Part shown: piece by piece, positions 10,586-23,974 of the stretch
How positions within the stretch are numbered: position 1 is the stretch's first letter
Layout of the letters: each line of letters starts with the position of its first letter
Notes under the pieces: model-generated
Database searches by the model: none
What the model was told of the DNA's origin: nothing
Seen by the model: only the letters and a program-made list of their open reading frames with translations
From: an uncultured delta proteobacterium
Lineage (GTDB): Bacteria > Myxococcota > Kuafuiibacteriia > Kuafuiibacteriales > Kuafuiibacteriaceae
NCBI GenBank assembly: GCA_963803435.1
Contig: CAWDML010000007.1
Coordinates: 224,001 to 288,000, forward strand
Direction of reading: 5' to 3'
Length of the DNA stretch: 64,000 bases
Program-made: the position numbers and the translations under genes

Positions 10586-11731
10586 TTGGAGATCTCGGTG
10601 GTCATTCCGTGCCTCGACGAGGGCGCCACCGTCGGCGGGGTGGTCGCGCGCACGGTCGAGACGCTCGAGGCCCGCGGCGCCTCCTTCGAGGTCATCGTCG
10701 CGGACAACGGCTCGACGGACGACAGCCGCGTCGAGGCCGAAAGCGCGGGCGCGCGCTGGATCGACGCGAGCCGGGAGCGCGGCGTCGGCGCAGCCACCCG
10801 GCTGGGCGGGCTCGAGAGCCGAGGCGACGTCCTGGTGTTCCTCGACGCCGACGGCGAGCACGACCCGGCCGAGATCCCGCAGCTCCTCGACGCCGTGGAG
10901 CTCCATCCCGACGCGCTGATCCTGGGCAGCCGCTACCGCGGGCGGTTCCTCAAAGGGGCGAGCTCCCTCCCGAACCGCGCGCTCGGCACGCCGGCGCTGA
11001 CGAGGCTGATCAACCACTACTTCGGCACCGGCATCAGCGACTGCAACACGGGTTTCCGGGCGATGCGCCGGGAGGTCTTCGATCGGATCGACTTCAACTC
11101 GCCCGGCTTCGAGTTCTGCACCGAGATGGTGGTACGCGCCGGGCTCCTGGGCGTCCGCGTCGAGGAGGTGCCGATCACCCAGCACCCCGGCCCCGCGGGG
11201 CGGCGCCCGCACCTGCGCCGCTTCCGCGATGGGTGGCGCCACCTCAAGTTCATCCTGCTCCACGCGCCGGACCGCGTCCTTCTCCGCCCGGGGCTGGCCG
11301 CGCTGCTCTTAGGCGCCGTGCTGTTCCTCCCGCAGGTGGCCGGGCGCTTCGAGCTCGGATGGTTCGTCCTCGACATCCACCTGATGATCCTCGGCGTGCT
11401 GTTCCTGCTCATCGGCGTCGAGATGGTGGGATCCGCGATCCTCTGCGCCACGATCGCCGGTGAGCCGGCCGCCCCGATGAGCCGCCTCAGCCGGCGGCTC
11501 GGACGGCACTTCGATCTCGACCGCATCCTCCCGTTCGCTGCGCTCCTCTTCCTGATCGGGCTCGGGTGCGATCTCGCCGTCGTGGTACGGAGCGCCGAGC
11601 ACGGCTGGCGAGGGATCCTGGAGCCGCGGCTAGCGCTCATCGGGACCTCGGCGATGGGGCTTTCGGTTCAGCTCGTCGTGCTGTCGTTCGTCCACTCCGT
11701 GATCGGGCAGCACCGGAGCGCGCCGAGATAG
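10586..11731 (+). CDS. GT2 glycosyltransferase, polyprenol-phosphate sugar synthase-like, with C-terminal TMs
   Basis: ISVVIPCLDE, VADNGSTD, FLDADGEHD, ISDCNTGFR, RFRDGWRHL. Confidence 0.9.
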   Translation: MEISVVIPCLDEGATVGGVVARTVETLEARGASFEVIVADNGSTDDSRVEAESAGARWIDASRERGVGAATRLGGLESRGDVLVFLDADGEHDPAEIPQLLDAVELHPDALILGSRYRGRFLKGASSLPNRALGTPALTRLINHYFGTGISDCNTGFRAMRREVFDRIDFNSPGFEFCTEMVVRAGLLGVRVEEVPITQHPGPAGRRPHLRRFRDGWRHLKFILLHAPDRVLLRPGLAALLLGAVLFLPQVAGRFELGWFVLDIHLMILGVLFLLIGVEMVGSAILCATIAGEPAAPMSRLSRRLGRHFDLDRILPFAALLFLIGLGCDLAVVVRSAEHGWRGILEPRLALIGTSAMGLSVQLVVLSFVHSVIGQHRSAPR

Positions 11732-11849
11732 AGCGGCCTCCGGGGCTCAGCGCCATCCGTAAACTCTACACGAGGCGTGGCGCGGGCTCGATCGACTCAG
11801 TGTGGCGAGGCAGCGCGCAAAACGGAAGAGCGATCGCTCCCTGCGTCGG

Positions 11850-11865
11850 TGGCAGCGCGTTTGCA
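11850..11865 (+). promoter_or_regulatory. Putative sigma54 -24/-12 promoter of the act-cox operon
   Basis: TGGCAGCGCGTTTGCA (GG-N10-GC); 18 nt from the -12 C to the actA ATG. Confidence 0.6.
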
Positions 11866-11881
11866 TTGGCGGCGGTCGGCA

Positions 11882-12469
11882 ATGGCGCTGTTCTCGGAAC
11901 GTTCGACGACCAGGTTCCGAGTGGTCCTGGCGGTGATCGCTTCGGGGGTGATCGGCGCGCCGCTGCTCCTGATGTGGTGGGTGCGCTCCGAGATCGGCAC
12001 CGAGCGAACGAACCCACGCCAGCAACCGGTGGAGTTCGATCACCGGCATCACGTCAAGGACGACGGGATCGCGTGTCTCTACTGTCACCGCGAGGCGGAG
12101 CGATCCCGCTACGCCGGAGTCCCCGCGGCGGACGTCTGTATGGGATGTCACGGTCAGATCTGGAACGATTCGACGCTGCTCGAGCCCGTGCGGCGGAGCT
12201 TCTACGACGACGTGTCCATCGAGTGGGAGCGCGTCCACGACCTGGCGGACTTCGTATATTTCGATCACTCCGCTCACGTCACCCGGGGCGTCGACTGCTC
12301 GGCCTGTCACGGAGACGTGGCGAGCATGCCGCGCGTCTACAAGGTCGTCCCGATGACCATGGGCTGGTGCCTCGATTGTCATCGAAACCCAGGCTCACGC
12401 CTGCAGATGCCGGAGGCTCGGCTCCAGAAGCTCAAACCGCCCACGTACTGCTCGGGCTGCCACCGCTGA
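11882..12469 (+). CDS. actA: Alternative complex III subunit A, pentaheme cytochrome c
   Basis: N-terminal TM, QPVEFDHRHH, five CxxCH motifs (CLYCH, CMGCH, CSACH, CLDCH, CSGCH). Confidence 0.92.
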   Translation: MALFSERSTTRFRVVLAVIASGVIGAPLLLMWWVRSEIGTERTNPRQQPVEFDHRHHVKDDGIACLYCHREAERSRYAGVPAADVCMGCHGQIWNDSTLLEPVRRSFYDDVSIEWERVHDLADFVYFDHSAHVTRGVDCSACHGDVASMPRVYKVVPMTMGWCLDCHRNPGSRLQMPEARLQKLKPPTYCSGCHR

Positions 12470-12472
12470 GGG

Positions 12473-15400
12473 ATGGGGAAGGATTCGATGGACAAGAGAC
12501 TTCCGATCGTCGGCCAGCCGGCCACCCCGAGCGGACCGGTGCTCCCCGAGGTCGATCGGCGTACGTTCCTCGAGTACGTGGCCGCGAGCCTCGCGCTCGC
12601 CGGACTCAGCGGCTGCGAGGAGCGGCCCGGTGAGAAGATCGTCCCGTTCTCGCGCCAGCCGCCCGAGCTCGTCCCCGGGCGCCCCCTCCACTACGCCACC
12701 GCGATGGAGATCGACGGCTACGCCACCGGCCTCCTGGTCCAGTCGCGCGAGGGTCGACCCATCAAGGTCGAGGGCAACCCGGAGCATCCGATCAGCGCGG
12801 GCTCCACCGGGCCGTTCGAGCAGGCGTCGATCATGCAGCTGTACGATCCCGATCGCGCCAAGGGGATCGCCAGCAAGTCCCAGCCGTCCACGTGGACCGA
12901 CTTCGTGCACACGTTCGCCCACGGCTTGGGCGACGGCACCGGAGTTCACGTGCTCCTCGATCAGACCGCTTCGCCGCTGGTCGGCGAGCTGCTCGCGACG
13001 GTCCGCCGCAAGTATCCGAAGATCGAGATCCACTTCCACTCGCCGGCCGCGCCCGAGGGTCGATGGCTCGCCAGCCGGAGCCTGGCCGGTCGCGCGCTGT
13101 TGCCACACCACCGATTCGAGGCCGCCGGGGTGGTGCTCTCGCTCGACGACGACTTCCTCTCCCGCGGTCCCACCTGGCTGCGCGACGCCCGCGGCTACGC
13201 AGCGGCAAGGGTTCCGGAGACCCCCGACGCTCGGATGATCCGCCTCTACGTCGCGGAGTGCGGCTTCACCTCCACCGGCGCAAAGGCTGACCACCGCCTC
13301 CCCGTGTCCTCGGAGGATCTCGTTGCGGTTCGCCTCCTCGGTCGCCCAGCGCGTGGTCAGAGAGGGCTCGCCCATCGCCGAAGCGCTGGCGGCGGTTCCG
13401 GAGCTTCCGGCGCGACTCGCCAAGTTCGCCGCGGTGGTCGCGAAGGACCTCATCTCTGCGCGCGAACGCTCGGTCGTGCTCGCCGGCCTCAGGCAGCCCA
13501 AGGAGATCCACGCGCTCGCGATGGTGCTCAACCGCGAGCTGGGTAACGTCGGCAAGACCGTCTTCTACGCGGACGATCCCATCCTCGAGGCCGGAGAGCC
13601 GAGCCACGATCTGGTGCGGCTCAGGAACGCGCTCCGCGCTGGCGAGGTCGATCGGCTGATCATTCTGGGCGGCAACCCCGTCTACACGGCGCCGGCCGAC
13701 CTCGAGCTGGATCGTCTGATCGGAAACGCCCGGCACTCCGCGTATCTCGGCATGTACGACAACGAGACGGCGCGCTGTTGCGGCTGGCTGCTGGCGGAGG
13801 CGCACTACCTGGAGTCGTGGAGCGACGCGCGCGCGGCCGACGGCACCGTCTCGATCGTCCAGCCGCTGATCCAACCGCTCTTCGGGGGTCGTACGCGCGG
13901 GCAGGTGCTGGCAGCGCTCGCGGGCGTGGCCGATCCGAGCGCACGCGAGCTGGTCGAGCGCCGCTACGGTCGCACCCCGAGGACCACGACTCCGTCGAGC
14001 CTGGAGCGGCAGTTCGAGGAGCGTTCGGGCTTCGAGTCCGAGAGCGAGCCCGCCGTCTCGTCGGTGGCGCCGCCCGACGTCCCCGCGACCTGGCTCGAGA
14101 GCGTCGCGGTCGACGCCAGGCTCGACCGCCTTCTCTGCAACGGCGTGATCCCGGGGACGGCGCTCCCCTATCTCGACGCACCGCTCGAGACAGGAGAGCT
14201 CGCGAGCTGGCTCGGCGAGGCGCACGCTCGGTTCGACGGGATCGAGCTGGCGCTGGCGCTCGACCCGCGCGTGCACGACGGCCGGTTCACCAACAACCCC
14301 TGGCTCCTCGAGCTCCCGGACGCCATCACGCGTCTGACCTGGGGGAACGCGGCCCTCTTCGCGCCGATGACCGCGGAACGCCTCGGCCTCCACGAAGGCG
14401 ATCGGATCCGGATCGCCGTCGACGGCCGTCACCTGGAGGCGCCCGTCTTCACGCAGCCGGGGCTCGCCGAGCAGACCGTGTCGCTGTCCCTCGGCTACGG
14501 CCGGAGCGGGCACGAGCACCACGCGGCCGGCGTCGGCGTCGACGCCTACGCGCTCCGGCTCTCCGGCAGGCCGTGGTTCATCAGCGGCACCGAGATCGAT
14601 CGCCTCGACGAGCCGGCCGGCGATCTGATGCCGGTCTCCGTACAGGCGCACGCACAGCTCGAGGGGCGGCCGATCGTTCTGTCTCGGACGATCGAGGAGT
14701 ACCGGACGCATCCCGAGTTCGCCGAGGAGTACGACAAACCTCCGGCCACCATGCACGAGCAGCGGCCGGCGCCGGGCCATCAGTGGGGCATGACGATCGA
14801 CCTCGACGCCTGCGTCGGCTGCAACGCCTGCGTGGTGGCCTGCCAGGCCGAGAACAACGTCCCCACGGTGGGGAGGATCGACGTCGCGAAGGGCCGTGAG
14901 ATGCACTGGCTCCGGCTCGATCGCTACTACCTCGGCGAGCTCGAGCGCGCTCGCGTCGTGCATCAGCCGATGCTCTGCCAGCACTGCGAGCACGCCCCCT
15001 GCGAGTATGTCTGCCCCACCTACGCGACGGCCCACAGCCCCGACGGCATCAACGAGATGGTCTACAACCGCTGCGTCGGCACGCGCTTCTGCTCGAACAA
15101 CTGTCCCTACAAGGTCCGCCGCTTCAACTGGTTCAACTTCAACCGTAGCCCCGACGAGGTGACTGCCCTGCACTACAACCCGGACGTCACCGTGCGCGAG
15201 CGCGGGGTCATGGAGAAGTGCACCTACTGCGTCCAGCGGATCCGCCGCACCGAGATCGCCGCCAAGAACGACGGGCGAGACGTCGGTCCCAACGAGGTCC
15301 AGACGGCGTGCCAGCAGGTCTGCCCGGCCCACGCGATCGTCTTCGGCGACATCGCCGACTCCACGTCAAACGTCTCGGAGGGCTACCGTGACCCTAGGAC

Positions 15401-15493
15401 CTACGCCGTCCTCCACGACACTGGAACGCAGCCCCGTACGCGCTACCAGGCCGTGATCACGAACCCCCACCCCGATCTCGAGGAGGGCTCATC

Positions 15494-15497
<4 letters not shown>
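12473..15497 (+). CDS. actB: Alternative complex III subunit B (molybdopterin-oxidoreductase-like plus Fe-S domain); +1 frameshift near 13320
   Basis: DRRTFL Tat motif with [18 protein letters not shown] in ORF 12473; continues in ORF 13323 with [63 protein letters not shown]. Confidence 0.9.
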
Positions 15498-16860
<1,363 letters not shown>

Positions 16861-16864
<4 letters not shown>

Positions 16865-17391
16865 AGAGCGGGTTCGTCGCCGAGTTCATCACGCCCGAGG
16901 CGCTGGTCGAGGCGGCCGTGAAGCTCAAGCGGACCGGGTATACGCTGTTCGAGGCCTACTCTCCCTTCCCGCTGGAGGGCCTCCCGAACGGCCTCTCCAA
17001 GCGACGCCCGCGGTCGGCGCTCTACGCCTTCATCTTCGGCTTCGGCGGCGCCGGGCTCGCCTACCTCCTGATGTGGTGGATCAACGTCGAGAACTATCCG
17101 TACAACGTCGGCGGGCTCCCTCATCACTCCGCGCCGGCGTTCGTCCCGATCACCTTCGAGACCGGCATCCTCTCGGCCGCCTGCGCCATCTTCATCGGCA
17201 CGATGCTCAAGCTCGGTCTCCCCCGGCTCGATCACCCGCTGTTCGAGGTGGCCGGCTTCGAGCGCGCCACCATCGATCGCTTCTTCCTCGCCATCTACTC
17301 GTTCGATCCGATCTTCGACGCGGATCGCACTCCTCAGGACCTACGCGAGACCAGCGCATTCAACGTGGCGCCATTCGGGAGGTTGCCGTGA
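16861..17391 (+). CDS. actD: Alternative complex III subunit D (DUF3341)
   Basis: EAYSPFPLEG, two TMs, AFVPITFE, ATIDRFFL; start overlaps the actC stop. Confidence 0.9.
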
Positions 17392-17987
17392 GGGCGGCGG
17401 CCGTCGGCCTGGTCGCCCTGGCGGCCTGCACCTCGAACGACGCCTTCCACGAGCCCGAGATGAGCTTCGAACGCATGATCCATCAACCCAAGGTCGACGC
17501 CTACGAGCGCTCCGATCTCTTCACCGATCATCGCGCCATGCGCGCACCGCCAGACGGTAGCGTGTCTCGCGGCTCCGTCGAGCTCGACGCCGCCCTCGAG
17601 TACGGGGCGAAGAACAACGCGTACCTGGTGGACATCCCGATCTCCGTGGACCTGACCTTGCTGCGTCGCGGGCGCAACCGCTTCGAGATCTACTGCGCCA
17701 CCTGCCACGGCGTCCTCGGCAACGGCGTCAGCCCGGTGGCCGACAGCATGCGGCTGGTGCGGCCCCCCTCGCTGGTGACAGGGCGCGTCCGTGCCTTTTC
17801 GAGCGGCCAGGTCTTCAGGGTGGTCCGCGAGGGCTTCGGTCTCATGCCGTCCTATCGCGCCGAGCTCGACGCGCACGATCGCTGGGCGGTGGTCGCGTAC
17901 CTGCAGGCGCTCCAGCTCCGGGAGCAGATCCCGCTGGATCGGCTCACACCGGCGCTCGAGCGCGAGGCCAAGGGAGAGCTGAAATGA
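17388..17987 (+). CDS. actE: Alternative complex III subunit E, monoheme cytochrome c lipoprotein
   Basis: Lipobox LAAC, MIHQPK, RGRNRFEIYCATCHG, MPSY, DRWAVVAYL. Confidence 0.9.
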   Translation: MRAAAVGLVALAACTSNDAFHEPEMSFERMIHQPKVDAYERSDLFTDHRAMRAPPDGSVSRGSVELDAALEYGAKNNAYLVDIPISVDLTLLRRGRNRFEIYCATCHGVLGNGVSPVADSMRLVRPPSLVTGRVRAFSSGQVFRVVREGFGLMPSYRAELDAHDRWAVVAYLQALQLREQIPLDRLTPALEREAKGELK

Positions 17988-19129
17988 CGCGCCCTCACCT
18001 TGCCCTCGCCGGCGTCGGGATGCTCGGGCTGGTCGGTCTGGTGATCGGCGCCTTCACCAGGCCCGCGGCCACGCTGACCGCGTACCTGGGCGCGTTCGCC
18101 TTCGCGCTCAGCATGGCGCTCGGCTCCCTGCTGGTGGTCCTGGTCGCGCACCTGGCCGGGGCTCGCTGGCTCCTGATCTACCGCCGCCTGGCCGAGCTGA
18201 TCACCAGCACCTTCTTCGTGCTGGCGCTCGCGTTCCTCCCCATCCTCATCTGCATCCAGAACGTCTACGTCTGGGCCCGACCGCTCGATCAGCTCAGCGA
18301 GCACGTCCGCCGATCGGTCGAGCACCAGCGCCCCTGGCTCAACGTCACGTTCTTCATCATCCGTACCGTCGTCTACTTCGCGATCTGGGTGATCGCGTCC
18401 GAGACCCTCTTCCGCTTCAGCCTCAGCCAGGACCCCTCGCGCCCGCGTACCACCACCCGCTTGCGTGCCGCCGCCGGCGTCTTCTCCTGGCCCATCGTCC
18501 TCGCGCTCTCGTTCGCCACCTTCGACTTCTTCATGTCGCTGGATCCGACGTGGACCTCGTCGATGTATCCCGTCTACTTCTTCGCGGGCTCGTTCATCGC
18601 CAGCCTCGCCCTCCTCGGCGTGATCCCTCAGCTGACCGCGAGGAGCCACGAGCTCCGGGAGCACCTCAACGCCTCCCACCTGCACGCGCTCGGGAAGCTC
18701 GAGCTCACCTTCGTGATCTTCTGGACGTACATCGCCTTCGATCAGTTCATGCTGGTCTGGATCGCCGACCTGCCCGACGAGGTGCCCTGGTACCTCAGGC
18801 GCATGGACGGCGTGTGGGGGACGCTCGCGGTCATCGTCATCTTCGGGCAGTTCGTCTTCCCGTTCCTGCTCCTGCTCTCCCGCAGCCTCAAGCGGCGCCC
18901 GCTCTTCCTGTTCTCGCTGGGCGCCTGGCTGCTCGCGATCCACTGGCTCGACATCGTCTGGCTGGTGGTCCCCTCGGGCCGGCCGAGCGTGTGGTGGCTC
19001 CACCTGGCCGGGCTCTCGTTCTTCGTCGGCCTGGTCGGAGGCGTGGCGAGCTGGCGGGCGGCCGGACGACCGCTGACGCCGCGCTCCGATCCCTTCTTCC
19101 CCGAGACGCTGAGGTACCGCACCCGATGA
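17984..19129 (+). CDS. actF: Alternative complex III subunit F
   Basis: Polytopic; DFFMSLDPTWTSSMY, LGKL, FWTYIAFDQFMLVWIADLPDEVPWY. Confidence 0.9.
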   Translation: MTRPHLALAGVGMLGLVGLVIGAFTRPAATLTAYLGAFAFALSMALGSLLVVLVAHLAGARWLLIYRRLAELITSTFFVLALAFLPILICIQNVYVWARPLDQLSEHVRRSVEHQRPWLNVTFFIIRTVVYFAIWVIASETLFRFSLSQDPSRPRTTTRLRAAAGVFSWPIVLALSFATFDFFMSLDPTWTSSMYPVYFFAGSFIASLALLGVIPQLTARSHELREHLNASHLHALGKLELTFVIFWTYIAFDQFMLVWIADLPDEVPWYLRRMDGVWGTLAVIVIFGQFVFPFLLLLSRSLKRRPLFLFSLGAWLLAIHWLDIVWLVVPSGRPSVWWLHLAGLSFFVGLVGGVASWRAAGRPLTPRSDPFFPETLRYRTR

Positions 19130-19476
19130 GCGACCTTCACCTTCAAGAAGACCACCTCCCTCAGAAGAAGATCGCGGCCGTGGCGGCCGCGGCCTTCGCG
19201 ATCATGGCGCTCTCCATCTGGGTCGCGTACGCCCTGCTCGCCGACGTCGAGCACGAGCTCGGACGGGAGCCCGGCTTCTCGGCGGTTCAGCGGGCGCCGC
19301 ACCAGATCTCCGGCGTTTTCCAGACCGAGATCGAACGTGATCAATCCGGCCTCCGCATGCGCCGCGCGGCCGAGGAGGAGCTCGACCACTACGCCTGGGT
19401 CGATCGCGACCGAGGTCTGGTCAGCATCCCGATCGAGCGTGCGATGGAGCTGCGCGCCGAGGGGGTGACGCCATGA
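19126..19476 (+). CDS. actG: ActG-like small membrane subunit
   Basis: One TM and YAWVDRDRGLVSIPIERAM; lies between actF and sco with ATGA overlaps. Confidence 0.75.
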   Translation: MSDLHLQEDHLPQKKIAAVAAAAFAIMALSIWVAYALLADVEHELGREPGFSAVQRAPHQISGVFQTEIERDQSGLRMRRAAEEELDHYAWVDRDRGLVSIPIERAMELRAEGVTP

Positions 19477-20243
19477 CGGCACCATTCCCGATCCTCGGCG
19501 TACTGGCCGCGCTCGCCACGCCCGCTCCGCTCGAGGATGTCGGGGTCGTGGAGCACCTGGGCGCGTCCATCCCCGGCGACCTGAAGCTGACCGATCAAGC
19601 GGGCGACGAGCACCGGCTCGATCAGCTCACCACCGGGACGCGTCCGGTGATCCTGGTCCTCGCGTACTACCGCTGCCCGATGCTGTGCGGCCTGGTCCTC
19701 AACGGCGTCGCCAAGACGGTGCGCGAATTCGGCGGCCGGCCCGGCCAGGACTTCGACCTGTTGACGATCAGCTTCGATCCGACCGAAGGGCCCGCCGACG
19801 CTGATCGACGGCGGACCTCCATCCTCTCCGGATTCGGAGATCCAGAGGCGAGCTGGCCTTTCCTGGTGGCGGACGAGGACAGCGTGAACCGCCTCCTGGC
19901 CACCGCCGGCGTGGGGGTGAAGAGGGATCCGAACACCGGTCAGTACGCGCACCCCGCCGTGTTCATGGTCCTCACGCCCGACCGCCGGATCTCGCGCTAC
20001 CTCTACGGCTTCGACGTCCGCCCCTTCGACCTGAAGCTCGCGCTCGCGGAGGCCGGCAAGGGCAAGACGGGGCCTTCGTTCGCGAAGCTGCTCCTGCGCT
20101 GCTTCTCGTACGACCCCTCGACGCGCCGCTACGGCGTCGCGATCGCCACGGCCTACCGGATCGGCGGTGTCGTGCTCCTGCTCGGGATCGGCGGCGTGCT
20201 CGGCCTGCTCTTCATCCGCGAGCGGAGGCGGGGGTCCGCGTGA
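19473..20243 (+). CDS. SCO family copper chaperone
   Basis: YYRCPMLC (CxxxC), ISFDP, YAHP, SRYLYG, C-terminal TM. Confidence 0.9.
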   Translation: MTAPFPILGVLAALATPAPLEDVGVVEHLGASIPGDLKLTDQAGDEHRLDQLTTGTRPVILVLAYYRCPMLCGLVLNGVAKTVREFGGRPGQDFDLLTISFDPTEGPADADRRRTSILSGFGDPEASWPFLVADEDSVNRLLATAGVGVKRDPNTGQYAHPAVFMVLTPDRRISRYLYGFDVRPFDLKLALAEAGKGKTGPSFAKLLLRCFSYDPSTRRYGVAIATAYRIGGVVLLLGIGGVLGLLFIRERRRGSA

Positions 20244-21351
20244 ACGAGTTCCTCCGGCACTTGCTGGCGCTGCCGCCCCAGGCCTCGAGCTTCGCGAAGA
20301 GCGTCGATCAGCTCCACTACTTCGTCATCAGCGCCACCATGTTCGGCGCCACGATCACGGCCCTGGTCGCGATCGTGTTCGTGGTCCGCTATCGCCGCCG
20401 CGGCGACGAGCTCACCGAGCACGTCTCGGCGCCGGTGTGGCTGGAGGCGACCTGGATCGGGCTCTTGCTCACGCTCTTCTTGGTGTGGTGGGTCATCGGC
20501 TACCGCCTCTACATCCGGATGGAGGTCCCGCCGAAGGACGCGATGGAGGTCTACGTGACCGCCAAGCAATGGATGTGGAAGTTCGCCTATCCCGACGGCA
20601 AGAGCTCGATCTCCGTCCTCACGGTGCCCGCCGGCAGGCCGGTCCGCCTGACGATGACCTCCCGCGACGTCATCCACAGCTTCTCCGTGCCTGCCTTCCG
20701 CACCAAGCAAGACGTGCTTCCGGGGACGTACACCAGCCTCTGGTTCGAGGCGCCCGAGCCCGGCTCCTACCAGATCCTCTGCGCCGAGTACTGCGGCGTC
20801 GGTCACTCGGTGATGCGCGGACGCGTCGACGTGCTGTCCGCCGACGACTACGAGGCCTGGCTCGAGGGCCGCGACCCGATGGCCCGGCGACACGCGGAGG
20901 CCATCACTGCCGCCGAGCGCCCCAAAGGCGGCGAGGAGGACGAGATCGAGGCGGGGATCGAGGCAGGCGCGTCCGAGCGGATGGACGTGCGCGGGCGCGA
21001 GGTCGCCGTGCGTCACGGATGCCTCGCGTGCCACACGCTGGACGGACGCCGACACATCGGCCCGAGCTTCGCCGGCCTCTACATGAAGGAGGTCACGCTT
21101 CAGGACGGCCGCAAGGTCATCGCGGATCCCGCCTATCTCACCGAGTCGATGATGGATCCGCGCGCCAAGGTGGTGAGCGGCTTCCAGCCGGTGATGCCGA
21201 CGTTCCAGGGTCTGTTGAGCGCCGGCGAGACCGCCGCGCTGGTCGAGCTCATCCGATCGGTCGCGAGCATCCCCCGGGACGGCACCTTCCCGGGTCGAGG
21301 GCCGGTCCCCGACGTCACCCCCTGGCAGCGAGGGGAGCAGGGAGAGCGCCG

Positions 21352-21355
<4 letters not shown>
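20240..21355 (+). CDS. coxB: Cytochrome c oxidase subunit II with fused cytochrome c (caa3 type)
   Basis: KQWMWKFAY, DVIHSF, CuA motif CAEYCGVGHSVM, C-terminal CLACH. Confidence 0.95.
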
Positions 21356-22951
<1,596 letters not shown>

Positions 22952-22959
<8 letters not shown>

Positions 22960-23596
22960 GGTCCACGTCTCCCATCACTTCGACACCTTCTCCAACGAGG
23001 CCCACGCGGGTCGCCTGGGGATGTGGATCTTCCTCTCGAGCGAGGCGCTCCTGTTCGCCGGCATGTTCACGCTCTACGCCGCGGGGCGCGTGATGTGGCC
23101 GAGCGCCTTCGAGGAGGGCGTCCACGACAACATTCGATGGCTCGGCTCCGTGAATACGCTGATCCTGATCACCAGCAGCTACGCGGTCGCCTCCGCCGTT
23201 CACACCGCGAAGGGTGAACGAAAGCGCGCGACTTCGTGGCTGCTGGCGATCACCTTCCTCTTCGGTGTCGCGTTCCTCACGCTCAAGGGCTTCGAGTACG
23301 CCAAGCATTTTAGGGACGGCGCGATCCCTCAGGGCGACACGCGCTATTTCTTGCTCCACGACACGCCCGGCCTCCCCTACTTCTTCGCGCTGTACTTCCT
23401 GATGACCGGCGCGCACGCGTTCCACGTGCTCGTGGGGATGATGGTGCTCGCCACGCTCTTCGTCATGGTGCGGAGGAGCGACATGACCCCGCGCATGGCC
23501 CACCGCGTGGAGGTCGGCGCGCTCTACTGGCACCTCATCGACATCATCTGGATCTTCCTCTGGCCGCTGTTCTACCTGGCCGGCAAGGGATCGTGA
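22952..23596 (+). CDS. coxC: Cytochrome c oxidase subunit III
   Basis: LGMWIFLSSE, NTLILITSS, YFLMTGAHAFHV, LYWHLID. Confidence 0.93.
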
Positions 23597-23934
23597 TCAT
23601 GGAAGAGAAGGTCTCCTCCAAGGCTCTGGTGCTCTCGTTCGTCGGACTGGTGGCACTGACCGGCCTCTCGTGGGGCCTCTCCTACGCGCACCTCGGCTCG
23701 TGGGAGCTGGTGGTGGCCATGCTGATCGCCGCAGGGAAGACGACGCTGGTGCTGTTGTTCTTCATGCACCTGCTGGAGTCCGGAGCGGCGCCGGTGTTTG
23801 CGATCCTGGCCGGGCTGTTCTTCGTGGCGCTGCTGATCGGCTTCGTCTCCGGCATCGACGTGCACGCGCGCGCGCACCCGGAGCTGATCCCCCCGCGCGT
23901 CCCGAGCGCCGAGGTCGGCGGCACCGACCGGTGA
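23593..23934 (+). CDS. coxD: Cytochrome c oxidase subunit IV (COX4_pro)
   Basis: Three TMs, IAAGKTTLVLLFFMHL. Confidence 0.85.
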   Translation: MIMEEKVSSKALVLSFVGLVALTGLSWGLSYAHLGSWELVVAMLIAAGKTTLVLLFFMHLLESGAAPVFAILAGLFFVALLIGFVSGIDVHARAHPELIPPRVPSAEVGGTDR

Positions 23935-23974
23935 TTGGACTCGGTGCACCATTCCGTGCAAGCTCCCCGCCCGG

